A stretch of 64,000 nt of DNA, from positions 1 to 64,000 of IMG/VR virus record IMGVR_UViG_3300034104_005687; one strand, 5' to 3'. Below are positions 56,901 through 64,000 of the stretch, one piece after another. The translations under genes and the position numbers were made by a program. Numbering within the stretch: the stretch's first letter is position 1; every line of letters begins with the position of its first letter. The notes beneath the pieces were generated by a model. The model was given only the letters and a program-made list of their open reading frames with translations. It was not told where the DNA came from and did no database searches.

Positions 56901-57639
56901 AGCCCAGTTGGTCATTGCGGTACAACACGTTGAAACTGGTGCCTGACACAGGACTGGGTTCATAGATTACATCAGTACCTACTGTGCTGGATGTAACAGC
57001 TTCAAAAGGCATGTTGATGCCGTCTACAGTGGCCGAGTATGGCACCACTGGCAAAAATCCTGGTACCAGGTTAATGGCGTATTCATCTGTACGTACACCC
57101 AGTATGGTTTGACGATTGCCTGGACGACCCACACGCTGGCTGTCCACTAGACTGGCGTTCACAATAGCAGTGAACTGTTCTTGCCAGTCAGGGTTTGTGG
57201 GGTCAGCCCAGTTCACAGTAACGTTGCTTAGGTTTACGCCGTTGTAGTCTACTACATTTTCTGTGGTAGTCACATTGAACACTTTCAGCAGACCTTGTGC
57301 TGCTGTGTTGCGTTTGGCAGTGTAGCTGACCAAGTCGGCCAATCGTACCACACTGTCACGACGTTCAGCAGTGTCTAGATAGTTTTCTCGAGTGTTTAGA
57401 TCTGTACGAAATGCCAGCGCCTGACCCATGAACGCAATAACGTCCAGCAGCGCAATAAACTCTGAACTTTCAATGTAGTCATTGAATGATTCAGGATAGT
57501 AAAGACGAATATAATCAATGAAACTCTTGCGCAGCGTTTCAAAGTCATAGCTTTGAAAGTCTGCTTCGCGATAAGTTTGATAGATCTGTTTCCAGTCTTC
57601 AACTCCAAATATAGCTGTTTGTCTAGTAGTCTGTGCCAT
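53908..57639 (-). CDS. Baseplate wedge subunit (T4 gp6-like; start moved from 57648)
   Basis: DFETLRKSFIDYIR..YPESFNDY..SSEFIALLDVIAF...ENYLDTAERRDSVVRLA..VSY; RMVNGEDY. Confidence 0.85.
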   Translation of the reverse strand: MAQTTRQTAIFGVEDWKQIYQTYREADFQSYDFETLRKSFIDYIRLYYPESFNDYIESSEFIALLDVIAFMGQALAFRTDLNTRENYLDTAERRDSVVRLADLVSYTAKRNTAAQGLLKVFNVTTTENVVDYNGVNLSNVTVNWADPTNPDWQEQFTAIVNASLVDSQRVGRPGNRQTILGVRTDEYAINLVPGFLPVVPYSATVDGINMPFEAVTSSTVGTDVIYEPSPVSGTSFNVLYRNDQLGFNSDNTGYFFLFKQGILQSQDFNLAERIANRTVDINIEGINNEDRWIFQLDNVGSIAREWTYVENVYTAAAEQVTTLRPIYSTTSRANDQITVVFGDGVFSEIPVGTFRAYVRSSNGLQYIINPEEMQNVVIPISYTDRNGNLQTITFTCGITRPVTNAQAREPIAAIKQRAPARYYTQNRMVNGEDYNLFPFTQYNSIIKSKALNRSSIGTSRYLDLVDNTGKYSSTNTFGSDGGLWEQNILPTILFSWTNRNEIADVINNQVQPALTEATVKQFYYANFPREAANTIEVVCTGTTATVNSVTVSSATAALFDQYVFDNMPVVFGTADDGAVFGGLIGGVTYYVRPGSWNLTARTFTVSTVANGGVFPLTTTVGRSVTTVATTVTGNTIWNQSTTLANETTGYFKTATGTPVAVGSESGTVFRYAVNGSLIKFVAPAGQYFDRNNRLQTGIPTRTEQKTEIWASPVQVIGDGTNSGLGNLTNGSGPIVLNNFVPTGAIVDTIISLFVTDLPLSIEQQMAEQIVLFRNFGLGYDNNGSVTGTPYTWYLIPSTYLDQDAPWSQANAGQPVPGGDASWMVQFVVENQNYTITFRGLAYSFGSVLQTRFFFYEDQQVFDSRTGTVIKDFINVLAMNSQPGNTLGIPLQSDIPMTIIGQPVESDGYVDDFQVLVSYRDSDLDGVPDNPDFFKEIVGTVPVTANTTSPWIFLERTVDFDNLQRYLLVDSGRVISQYGTLDEIELAKTEWSPGQVFYAYSENTFYSLSITVTGVRELTEFQQDEWIARSGRQGLYYQYRHNSPLTNRIDPGTTNIIDLYVVTQAYYTAYQNWLRDTTGTVTEPQQPTIDELNTAYQGLQNYKMISDNIVLNSVTFKPLFGAKAAAELRATIKVIRAQNSTASTSEIKSAVLAQMNEYFSIDKWNFGDTFYFSELAAYLHRTLGTIISSVVLVPLNPQKSFGDLYEIRSQPNEIFANGATIDNIDVIEALTSTNLRTAPGSGVI

Positions 57640-57657
57640 TCCGTGCAACCTTTGTAT

Positions 57658-57689
57658 TATTTATCGCCGAAAAAAACGGCGTACTTATA
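57658..57689 (-). promoter_or_regulatory. Tandem late-promoter-like motifs TATAAGTA and GATAAATA bracketing hairpin CGCCG-T7-CGGCG
   Basis: Seen directly between the gp25-like stop and the gp6-like start. Confidence 0.55.
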
Positions 57690-58059
57690 CGTAGGAAGCA
57701 GAACGCTGTTGAAGGTCAAAAAAGATGCTGAGTATTTCGGCGTTGGTACTGGGTACTACAGCAATCTCTAACTGTATCAATATGCCGTTTTGCTGCGGAA
57801 ATATTTGAATATCTGTGACCTGTATTCTGGGATCACCTGCAGCCACACGCTCAACTTCTCTGCGAATATTGTTGGCCAATTCTTCAATTTGGTTTTCAAA
57901 CACAAAGTCCCACATTGCGGTACCGTAACCAGGACGGCCAGGTAGTTCACCTTGACGTATGTTAAAGGCGTTTAACAGGTCACGCTGAATCAGAGCAAAT
58001 TCAGTTAGTGTGAACTTTTTGAACTGGTTGATGGTGTTGAAGCCAATAAATGTAGTCAT
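57685..58059 (-). CDS. Baseplate wedge subunit (T4 gp25-like)
   Basis: LIQRDLLNAFNIRQGELPGRPGYGT..WDFVFE...DPRIQV. Confidence 0.88.
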   Translation of the reverse strand: MTTFIGFNTINQFKKFTLTEFALIQRDLLNAFNIRQGELPGRPGYGTAMWDFVFENQIEELANNIRREVERVAAGDPRIQVTDIQIFPQQNGILIQLEIAVVPSTNAEILSIFFDLQQRSASYV

Positions 58060-58064
58060 GGCAA

Positions 58065-58071
58065 TATTTAG
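58065..58071 (-). promoter_or_regulatory. Late-promoter-like CTAAATA
   Basis: TAAATA 5 nt before ATG 58059; no SD. Confidence 0.55.
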
Positions 58072-58077
58072 CCTAGA

Positions 58078-59484
58078 TTATGCAGCAGATTCTGCAACAA
58101 CTTCCTTGAAGCCTTTGATAGCTTTTTCAAAAATAGCAATTGCTCTAGCAATATCAGCTCTGCTGGTTTCAATCTGAGCCAATTGTGGTGGAGTAAAGTT
58201 CAATTGGGCTTTGATCAAGTTGGCTTCGCGCAACAGTGACAACAGTACCCCATCAGACGCATTCAAGTCGCTGACCAGTTGTTCCAGCTGTCTGATAGTA
58301 GGAGACAGATTGTTTTCATCAGCGGTTCTGGTCAACGCAAGTCCACGTTTCAAAAAGCCTGGGTATTTTGATTGCTCGGCACTGACTGCATCGCCAAATT
58401 TAACAATATCTACTTTAGGAGCACTGTTATAATTGACTGCAGGCACTTTGGCATTGCCTATTACTCGGCTGCCAGCAGCGTTGAGTGTTTCACGATTCAC
58501 TGTGTCGCTGGCTGGAACAGGTACAATTTCTTGTTTTAACGAGTTTGTGATGTTTTGATTGGCAAAGTCCACTGCAAATGCACCATCACGTGCAACTTTG
58601 TCAAATTGTCCTTTGACGTCAGGTGGCACTGGCAAACCCTTGGCCCAATCTGCAGCAGCCGGTAGATTTTTGGCAGCATTCAACGCTGTGCCCACCAGTG
58701 CAGTGGGAGTCAGAGTGTTGACTGGAACTCCTACTTGTTTGAGTCCTTCTACACCTTTGGACATCAAGCTTTGCTGTATGCTGTTTTGTTTGACTTCAGA
58801 TCCCAACAAATCTGTTAGAGACTTTATACCATCCTTGCCAGTGAACACTGTGGGGCTTTTGAGCACGTCAGTCAGTTTGTTGGCACCGCTTTGTAAATAT
58901 TGTGCTGCTACCCCTGGTTTTAGTATGCCAGCTGATTCTAGTTGGGCGCCATCAAAGCCAAATTTTCCCACGCCTGCTGTGTTTGATACAACGTCGGCTG
59001 CTTGTCCTACCAACTTTGAGGCCTGTGCCATGCCTGCTCGAACATCCACTGATGTCAGATTGCCAATAGGCAATAACGCCGAAGCTTGTTTTGCAAAATC
59101 AGCTGGGTTGATACCGTTGGTTACTGGTATGGTTTTCACAATGTTTGTGACGTTGGTCACAGCCGCACGGGCCACAGAAGTTGCCTGTCCCACCGCTTGT
59201 GAAATTTGCCCTGACACTTGTCCTACTGCATTGTTTAGCACCGCGCCGTTGACGATGCTGGTACTGCCTGTCAGCGACTGTGCCAATTGAGAAGCTGCGC
59301 CAGGCAATCCAGCAGCAGCTTGTTTTGCTGAGTTCAACACATCGCCTGGGTTGAATCCCACAAAACTGCCAGCAGCAGCTTGTTGATCAAATATAGATCG
59401 TGCCTGTGCTTCAGTAAAACCGTCAGGTCCTTTGATGCTAAAGGACTTGGCAGACCCTGGGAGAGTAAAAGTAAATGATGCCAT
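58078..59484 (-). CDS. Tail/baseplate-associated hypothetical protein (start moved from 59499)
   Basis: Ala-rich helical protein; central GKFGF..QLESAGILKPG...FTGKDGI; sits between the gp5- and gp25-like genes. Confidence 0.7.
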   Translation of the reverse strand: MASFTFTLPGSAKSFSIKGPDGFTEAQARSIFDQQAAAGSFVGFNPGDVLNSAKQAAAGLPGAASQLAQSLTGSTSIVNGAVLNNAVGQVSGQISQAVGQATSVARAAVTNVTNIVKTIPVTNGINPADFAKQASALLPIGNLTSVDVRAGMAQASKLVGQAADVVSNTAGVGKFGFDGAQLESAGILKPGVAAQYLQSGANKLTDVLKSPTVFTGKDGIKSLTDLLGSEVKQNSIQQSLMSKGVEGLKQVGVPVNTLTPTALVGTALNAAKNLPAAADWAKGLPVPPDVKGQFDKVARDGAFAVDFANQNITNSLKQEIVPVPASDTVNRETLNAAGSRVIGNAKVPAVNYNSAPKVDIVKFGDAVSAEQSKYPGFLKRGLALTRTADENNLSPTIRQLEQLVSDLNASDGVLLSLLREANLIKAQLNFTPPQLAQIETSRADIARAIAIFEKAIKGFKEVVAESAA

Positions 59485-59485
59485 A

Positions 59486-60991
59486 TCAGTTTGCCACAAT
59501 CTCTACACCGGCAGGAACAGGCGGTGCGCCCGGAGGAGGAGCTGGTGTTCCTTCTTCAAACACAACTTCAACGTCTACACCCTTGTTGTGATATGGATAA
59601 GGTTCATGGGTAGGTGCTCGTCCCACAATGCTTTCTAATTTTTCTTTTTCAACTTGCCAGCCTTTGAGGTTGTCAAAAGTGGTATCATCAAGTTTGGTTT
59701 TTTGCAAGGGTCGTGGCGCTTCCACAGTAGCAGCAGCAGGACCGTTGAGATCAATGCCCCCGGCTTTGAATACCAAACTGTCGCCACCGCCCCAAGATCC
59801 ACCTTGACTGTTGAGAGTCAACGTGCCATCAGCTTTGATGCCAATGGTGGCCTTGCTGTACAGTTTTAGATCTGCTTGTGCTGTAATTGTGGTGTTGACC
59901 ACTGCTTCCATGGTGATGCTGGCATTGGCTTTGACTTTGAAATCTCTCCCAGCATACATGTTGATGTCGCGGTCAGCATGCAAATTAATATCGCCCTGTG
60001 TGCGTATGTTTACAGAATTTGTGCTGAATACATCAACTGTGCCTTCTACGCCTAACTCAATCCAGGTTTGTCCATTGGCATGAATGATGTACAGGAAGTT
60101 TCCTGTGTCATTCATGGTGATCTGATGCCCTTTGGCTGTGCGCAGACGGAACATTTGATTGTTGCCGTCTATATCGCCATCGTCCATGACCAGGGTATGG
60201 CCGCCCATGCGTCCAATTACGCCTATGTCAGCTGGCTTGACTTCTCCTGCATTGAGTTTTTGTCTGATATCTGCAGGTGTTAGTCCGCCTTGATAAATTG
60301 CAGTGCCTGGAGTACTGATACCAAACACAGCAGATGGTGATTCTCGTTGGCTGCTGCTGCGCACAGGGCCGCGTTCAATGTCGTTGTTGAGACCTTGTTG
60401 AAACATAGAGCTTGCTACAACACCATGAACTGGTTTGGCTTGGTCATAGAACCTTCCAGCATTGTCCAACTGCTTGTTGCTGGTGTTGATTTCAGTCACC
60501 GGCAACAGCGGCGAATCAGCAAAGTAGCTTTCTTGATTCTTGTTTCCCACCACATAGTTGGCTGCTGCGCCAATAGCCGGCACCATGTGATTCACACCAT
60601 TTTCAGGAATCACCCCCACATAGTAACCGCCTTCGGTTCTATCGCCGTTGACAAAAAAGCACAGCACTTTGACACCAATGTCTGGAGGTGTAAACCACAT
60701 GCCGTAGCTGTTTTGATTGCCAGGGTATTCGCCTGTGCCAGTGTTGGGTGTTTTGCCTTCAGGTGTGGCGCCATAAAACGGCGGCAGGTATCGAACTCGA
60801 GTCCATTTGTTTGCGTTGTTGATATCTCCAGAGCCGAATGCTTCAATATATACCTGCAGCCGTCCTGACCGTGCAGGGTCAATGTTGTTCATGACTGTGC
60901 CAATAAACGGCCCTGATTCCGCAGGAACACCGCCACGATCTAACTTGTAGTTTGACGGCCGACCTCGACTGCGTTCACTTTCTTGTGCCAT
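59486..60991 (-). CDS. Baseplate hub/central spike (T4 gp5/VgrG-like, OB-fold plus beta-helix)
   Basis: GTVMNNIDPARSGRLQVYI, YGMWFTPPDIGVKVLC, RLRTAKGHQI, beta-helix repeats, C-terminal PTHEPYPYH. Confidence 0.85.
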   Translation of the reverse strand: MAQESERSRGRPSNYKLDRGGVPAESGPFIGTVMNNIDPARSGRLQVYIEAFGSGDINNANKWTRVRYLPPFYGATPEGKTPNTGTGEYPGNQNSYGMWFTPPDIGVKVLCFFVNGDRTEGGYYVGVIPENGVNHMVPAIGAAANYVVGNKNQESYFADSPLLPVTEINTSNKQLDNAGRFYDQAKPVHGVVASSMFQQGLNNDIERGPVRSSSQRESPSAVFGISTPGTAIYQGGLTPADIRQKLNAGEVKPADIGVIGRMGGHTLVMDDGDIDGNNQMFRLRTAKGHQITMNDTGNFLYIIHANGQTWIELGVEGTVDVFSTNSVNIRTQGDINLHADRDINMYAGRDFKVKANASITMEAVVNTTITAQADLKLYSKATIGIKADGTLTLNSQGGSWGGGDSLVFKAGGIDLNGPAAATVEAPRPLQKTKLDDTTFDNLKGWQVEKEKLESIVGRAPTHEPYPYHNKGVDVEVVFEEGTPAPPPGAPPVPAGVEIVAN

Positions 60992-61000
60992 TGTTTGTCC

Positions 61001-63502
61001 TTAATAATCTCTTGCGCCTGGTTGCGACGCACTGGGTACAGCTCCGGGTGCTGCAGAGGATGGATTGAGTCTACTATTAGCAGGTGTTTCAATTGGTTGT
61101 CCATTACTACTTACCGGTAGTGGGGGCAACAATCTAGAAACTGGGTTGTTTGCGTTGGGTGCTACAGCAGGAAACTGCCCCGAACTCACTGGGGTAACAG
61201 CAAGGGTTGGTGTTGGCTCCAACCTTGCACTAGGAGATGCCGAACTGGACAATACTGCTGCAGGGTTGTCGGCTTTTCTTGGATCTGCTTGGTCGTTGGC
61301 AGCATTTGGACGATTTGTTTCTGTATCACTTTGATCAGGTTCACTGCCTGTTGCATTACCTGCAGCTGGTCCAGGCACACGATATCGGTACAGTACACCT
61401 TTGATTTTTTGCTGGAATCGTCCTTTGGTAAATTCACTAACAATACCTATAGCTCGATAGATCACGCTTTGACGAGGCTCTCGATCTCCAAAGATATTCT
61501 GTGTTCTTGCATACGGGTCTGCAAGCCCGTTGTTGAGATCATAGTCTTCAGGACGTTGCCACACTATTTCAAACAGCACATCCTGTGTGTCGTAGTTGAT
61601 GGTACCATCACTGGTAAACGGACTATAGTCAACCGCAGTTGGGTTTAGTTCGCCCACAGCAGATCCCTGCTGTATCCAAGCAGGATCTCCAATAATGGTT
61701 ATTTCTCCTTGTCCGTTGTCTGCTGGATTGTACAAGTATTCAGCTGCGTTGGCTGCCAGTTCGTTGGCTTTGCCAGCGGCACCTTGTGCTGATTCTGTAC
61801 TACGAGGTGGAAAATCCACAAACGGCAATTCTCTCTGGCTGGCTGCAAAGTTTGCTCTACTGCGAGCCAATACTGAATTGTCGGCTGAACTGCCGGTCAC
61901 AGTTTGTACATACAGTTTGTTGAAGTTGGCTCTGTAGTCCAGTACCGCAGTGTTCTCACCTGTGAACCAGTAGGGATAACTTTTTACTACACCTCTAAAT
62001 TTGGGCACTGGAAAATACTGACTTTGAAAATCTTGCGGCGTGAAAGGTATAATGGTGTATCTGACTCGATATGCAAAATCATTGCGTTTGGGATCGTAGT
62101 CCAGCTGCTGCACACTCATGGCAATGTGATACCAGGAAAAAGATGTAGTGGTGGCTGTGCTACCAGCTTCTGATCTATCGTCATCGCCTTCGGCAATCAC
62201 TGTGGTGGCCTGGTTGGTGATGTAGTCGGAATTTCTTATGGCTATGTCAATGGCCTGCAACATCTGCATGCCAGCGGTGATGCCTTGATTTCTGCTGTTG
62301 GGATTGACTGCTCCTTTGTCTGGGCTTAGACCGCTGGGATCCTGCTGTGGCGCAGGACCCATGTCAGTGGCTCCTTTGTTGACAGTAGATCCAGGTTTGA
62401 ACAGCGTAGCGTCTCTGATTTTTTCAGCACCGTTGGCAAACACAATTTCATATTCGTCAGCAACATCGGCTCTGCCATCTTTGACCAGTTGTTGTTGATA
62501 GGCATTCATGACACCAACCAGACCAGTTCTCAATGCAGATTTTTGTTGTGCCGCTGATGCATTGGGTGGAGGTGTACCTGCCTGTGCCAATCTAGTGGTC
62601 TCAGCGTTAGACTGGTTTGGATCAGACCTTGCACCAGCAGGAGCACTACCACTGACATTGTTGTCTGCTACGCTGCCTACCAGCAATTCGCCCACAGTCT
62701 GCCCATTGAGTTCATAATCAGCAGTGATGGTGCCGCGTCGTGTGCTGCCGGCCACAATCTGTCCAATAGGCTGACAATCAAACTCATAGCTGACCAGTCT
62801 GGAACTTACTTCCCATTTGATGTCTTTGATTCGGAAAGGAATATATTTTTCAACTATAGCCCTAGAGTCTGACTGTTTGGAGGCCTGGTCAGTAGAAGCC
62901 ACTGCTTGCAGTTTGCCAGTTTTATCATACCCATAAAAACGAATCACCATGAGATAGCACACTGCTGCGTAGTTTATGGCTCCGTTGCGGGTTTTGGGCT
63001 GTAGATCTTGTACAGCTTTGTATATGCAGTCTATCAGGGTAATGTTGGACGGTTCAACCACAGTGAACTTCAACTGGGTTGAACCGTGCGCGGCCATGGT
63101 ACCTTTTCCCAAAGGAATGTTTTCCAGGGTAATGGTATCTATATAAAAGTCATTGGGAAAAAATGGATTGCGTCCTGCATCTGGTGCACCAGCGCCTGCT
63201 GCAGACCCTTGGGGTCCTCCTATGTTGTTGGGTGCACCTCCGCTTTGAAACATCAAATTGTAGCCCGTAATTGATTTTTTTCCTGTGCGTTGAAATGCAG
63301 TAAGCTGAGCCGGAGTCAACATGTAGACCGAAGCCTGATAGCTAGTAGTTTCAAAGCCGTCCAGTATGTTGGGCTGTGGTACAATGGGTTTGTCCGCCGC
63401 AGTCTTTGCTGGGCGCGAGGTAGTAATTACTATTTCGCCAAGGTTGGCTACGTCTGACGTTTGCGGGTTGTCGTCATTGGCTTGATTGTCTGCTACTGAC
63501 AT
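61001..63502 (-). CDS. Baseplate hub protein (gp27-like)
   Basis: Position upstream of gp5; FTVVEP..ITLID, KSYPYWFTGEN.VLD, ITIIGDPAWI. Confidence 0.65.
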   Translation of the reverse strand: MSVADNQANDDNPQTSDVANLGEIVITTSRPAKTAADKPIVPQPNILDGFETTSYQASVYMLTPAQLTAFQRTGKKSITGYNLMFQSGGAPNNIGGPQGSAAGAGAPDAGRNPFFPNDFYIDTITLENIPLGKGTMAAHGSTQLKFTVVEPSNITLIDCIYKAVQDLQPKTRNGAINYAAVCYLMVIRFYGYDKTGKLQAVASTDQASKQSDSRAIVEKYIPFRIKDIKWEVSSRLVSYEFDCQPIGQIVAGSTRRGTITADYELNGQTVGELLVGSVADNNVSGSAPAGARSDPNQSNAETTRLAQAGTPPPNASAAQQKSALRTGLVGVMNAYQQQLVKDGRADVADEYEIVFANGAEKIRDATLFKPGSTVNKGATDMGPAPQQDPSGLSPDKGAVNPNSRNQGITAGMQMLQAIDIAIRNSDYITNQATTVIAEGDDDRSEAGSTATTTSFSWYHIAMSVQQLDYDPKRNDFAYRVRYTIIPFTPQDFQSQYFPVPKFRGVVKSYPYWFTGENTAVLDYRANFNKLYVQTVTGSSADNSVLARSRANFAASQRELPFVDFPPRSTESAQGAAGKANELAANAAEYLYNPADNGQGEITIIGDPAWIQQGSAVGELNPTAVDYSPFTSDGTINYDTQDVLFEIVWQRPEDYDLNNGLADPYARTQNIFGDREPRQSVIYRAIGIVSEFTKGRFQQKIKGVLYRYRVPGPAAGNATGSEPDQSDTETNRPNAANDQADPRKADNPAAVLSSSASPSARLEPTPTLAVTPVSSGQFPAVAPNANNPVSRLLPPLPVSSNGQPIETPANSRLNPSSAAPGAVPSASQPGARDY

Positions 63503-63505
63503 TGT

Positions 63506-63805
63506 TTAGTACCCCAAGACCGATTTCAGTGTGCTTTCTTTGGGCAAGTAAATTTCTTTGCCCACAGTAAAATCCAAAGGAGGCTTGGTCAGCGTATTGG
63601 GATTTCGTTGATAAAACACCCACCACAGTGTGGGTGTGCCATACAGGTCATAGGCCAACAAGTCGGGTCTGTACTGATATGTCAAGTTTATGACAGTTTT
63701 TAAGTCATCACTTTCTTTGGGTATGGGACGATCCACCATGACGTCAAGAAAAAACTGACTGTATGGAGTTGTGTAATAGGGACTGGTTGAGTCGTAGTTG
63801 GCCAT
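63506..63805 (-). CDS. Baseplate wedge protein (gp53/LysM-like)
   Basis: YQYRPDLLAYDLYG...LWWVF. Confidence 0.8.
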   Translation of the reverse strand: MANYDSTSPYYTTPYSQFFLDVMVDRPIPKESDDLKTVINLTYQYRPDLLAYDLYGTPTLWWVFYQRNPNTLTKPPLDFTVGKEIYLPKESTLKSVLGY

Positions 63806-64000
63806 TACCAGAATCCTTTCTTCAATAAGTTGCCATTGCTGAATTCTTTGACGCTGAACTGTTTGCTGACTTGTGACCTGGTCTGTATGGGCAGTAAGGT
63901 AATGTTCATGTCAATTTTGGTTGGTACATATGTGGCTTGATTCAAGCCGTAGACTGTTGCACGAGTCTGTCCCAGATCTCCTCGAGTGCCTGGCACAGCA
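63805..64000 (-). CDS. 3' end of tail-tube/baseplate junction-like protein, truncated by window edge
   Basis: VPTKIDMNITLLPIQTRSQVSKQFS; TAATG overlap with the gp53-like gene. Confidence 0.5.
   Translation of the reverse strand, partial: AVPGTRGDLGQTRATVYGLNQATYVPTKIDMNITLLPIQTRSQVSKQFSVKEFSNGNLLKKGFW

Noticed and set aside
58559-63274. Plus-strand ORFs antisense to baseplate genes (e.g. 58559..59290, 60347..60868)
   Set aside because: Low-complexity antisense translations fully nested in well-supported genes.
1-64000. Alternative genetic code (stop-codon recoding)
   Set aside because: Conserved genes (thyX, gp6-like, carbamoyltransferase, the 4900-aa ORF) are intact in the standard code, and TAA/TGA act as stops in coupled overlaps.
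1-64000. tRNA, rRNA, introns, inteins, homing endonucleases, transposases
   Set aside because: No cloverleaf, splice-junction, HNH/GIY-YIG/LAGLIDADG or DDE motifs were seen by eye, and intergenic space is minimal; tRNAscan-SE or Infernal would be needed to exclude small RNAs fully.

Overview
This window is a fragment of a large T4-like myovirus (tailed dsDNA phage) genome in the standard genetic code, very densely coding, with three modules. (1) 1-9.3 kb, mostly + strand: small early-type genes behind near-consensus sigma70 promoters, including the end of an HD-domain hydrolase, a MoxR-type AAA+ ATPase with its metallopeptidase/VWA partner, and thyX. (2) About 9.3-35.6 kb: an unusually rich sugar-modification cluster. 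It holds 2 NDP-sugar epimerase/dehydratases (one GDP-mannose-3,5-epimerase-like), a DegT aminotransferase, an amidinotransferase, a carbamoyltransferase, a 2OG-Fe(II) oxygenase, an SGNH-like protein, 5 radical SAM enzymes with N-terminal auxiliary Cys motifs, 4 'TEK-x-FKP' GT10-like proteins (a fifth copy at 0.55-1.7 kb), 3 GT-A-like proteins and a 1267-aa protein with 11 novel ~65-aa repeats fused to a GT-A-like domain. (3) 35.6-64 kb, - strand: tail and baseplate genes (fibres, a 4900-aa giant structural protein, gp6-, gp25-, gp5-, gp27-, gp53-like), several behind TAAATA late-promoter motifs. The best candidate for an undescribed system is module 2, a phage pathway that may build a hypermodified glycan (amino/guanidino, carbamoyl, radical-SAM-tailored), possibly for virion decoration. 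I saw no tRNA, CRISPR array, integrase, transposase or reverse transcriptase. All product calls come from motifs read by eye; no database searches were run.
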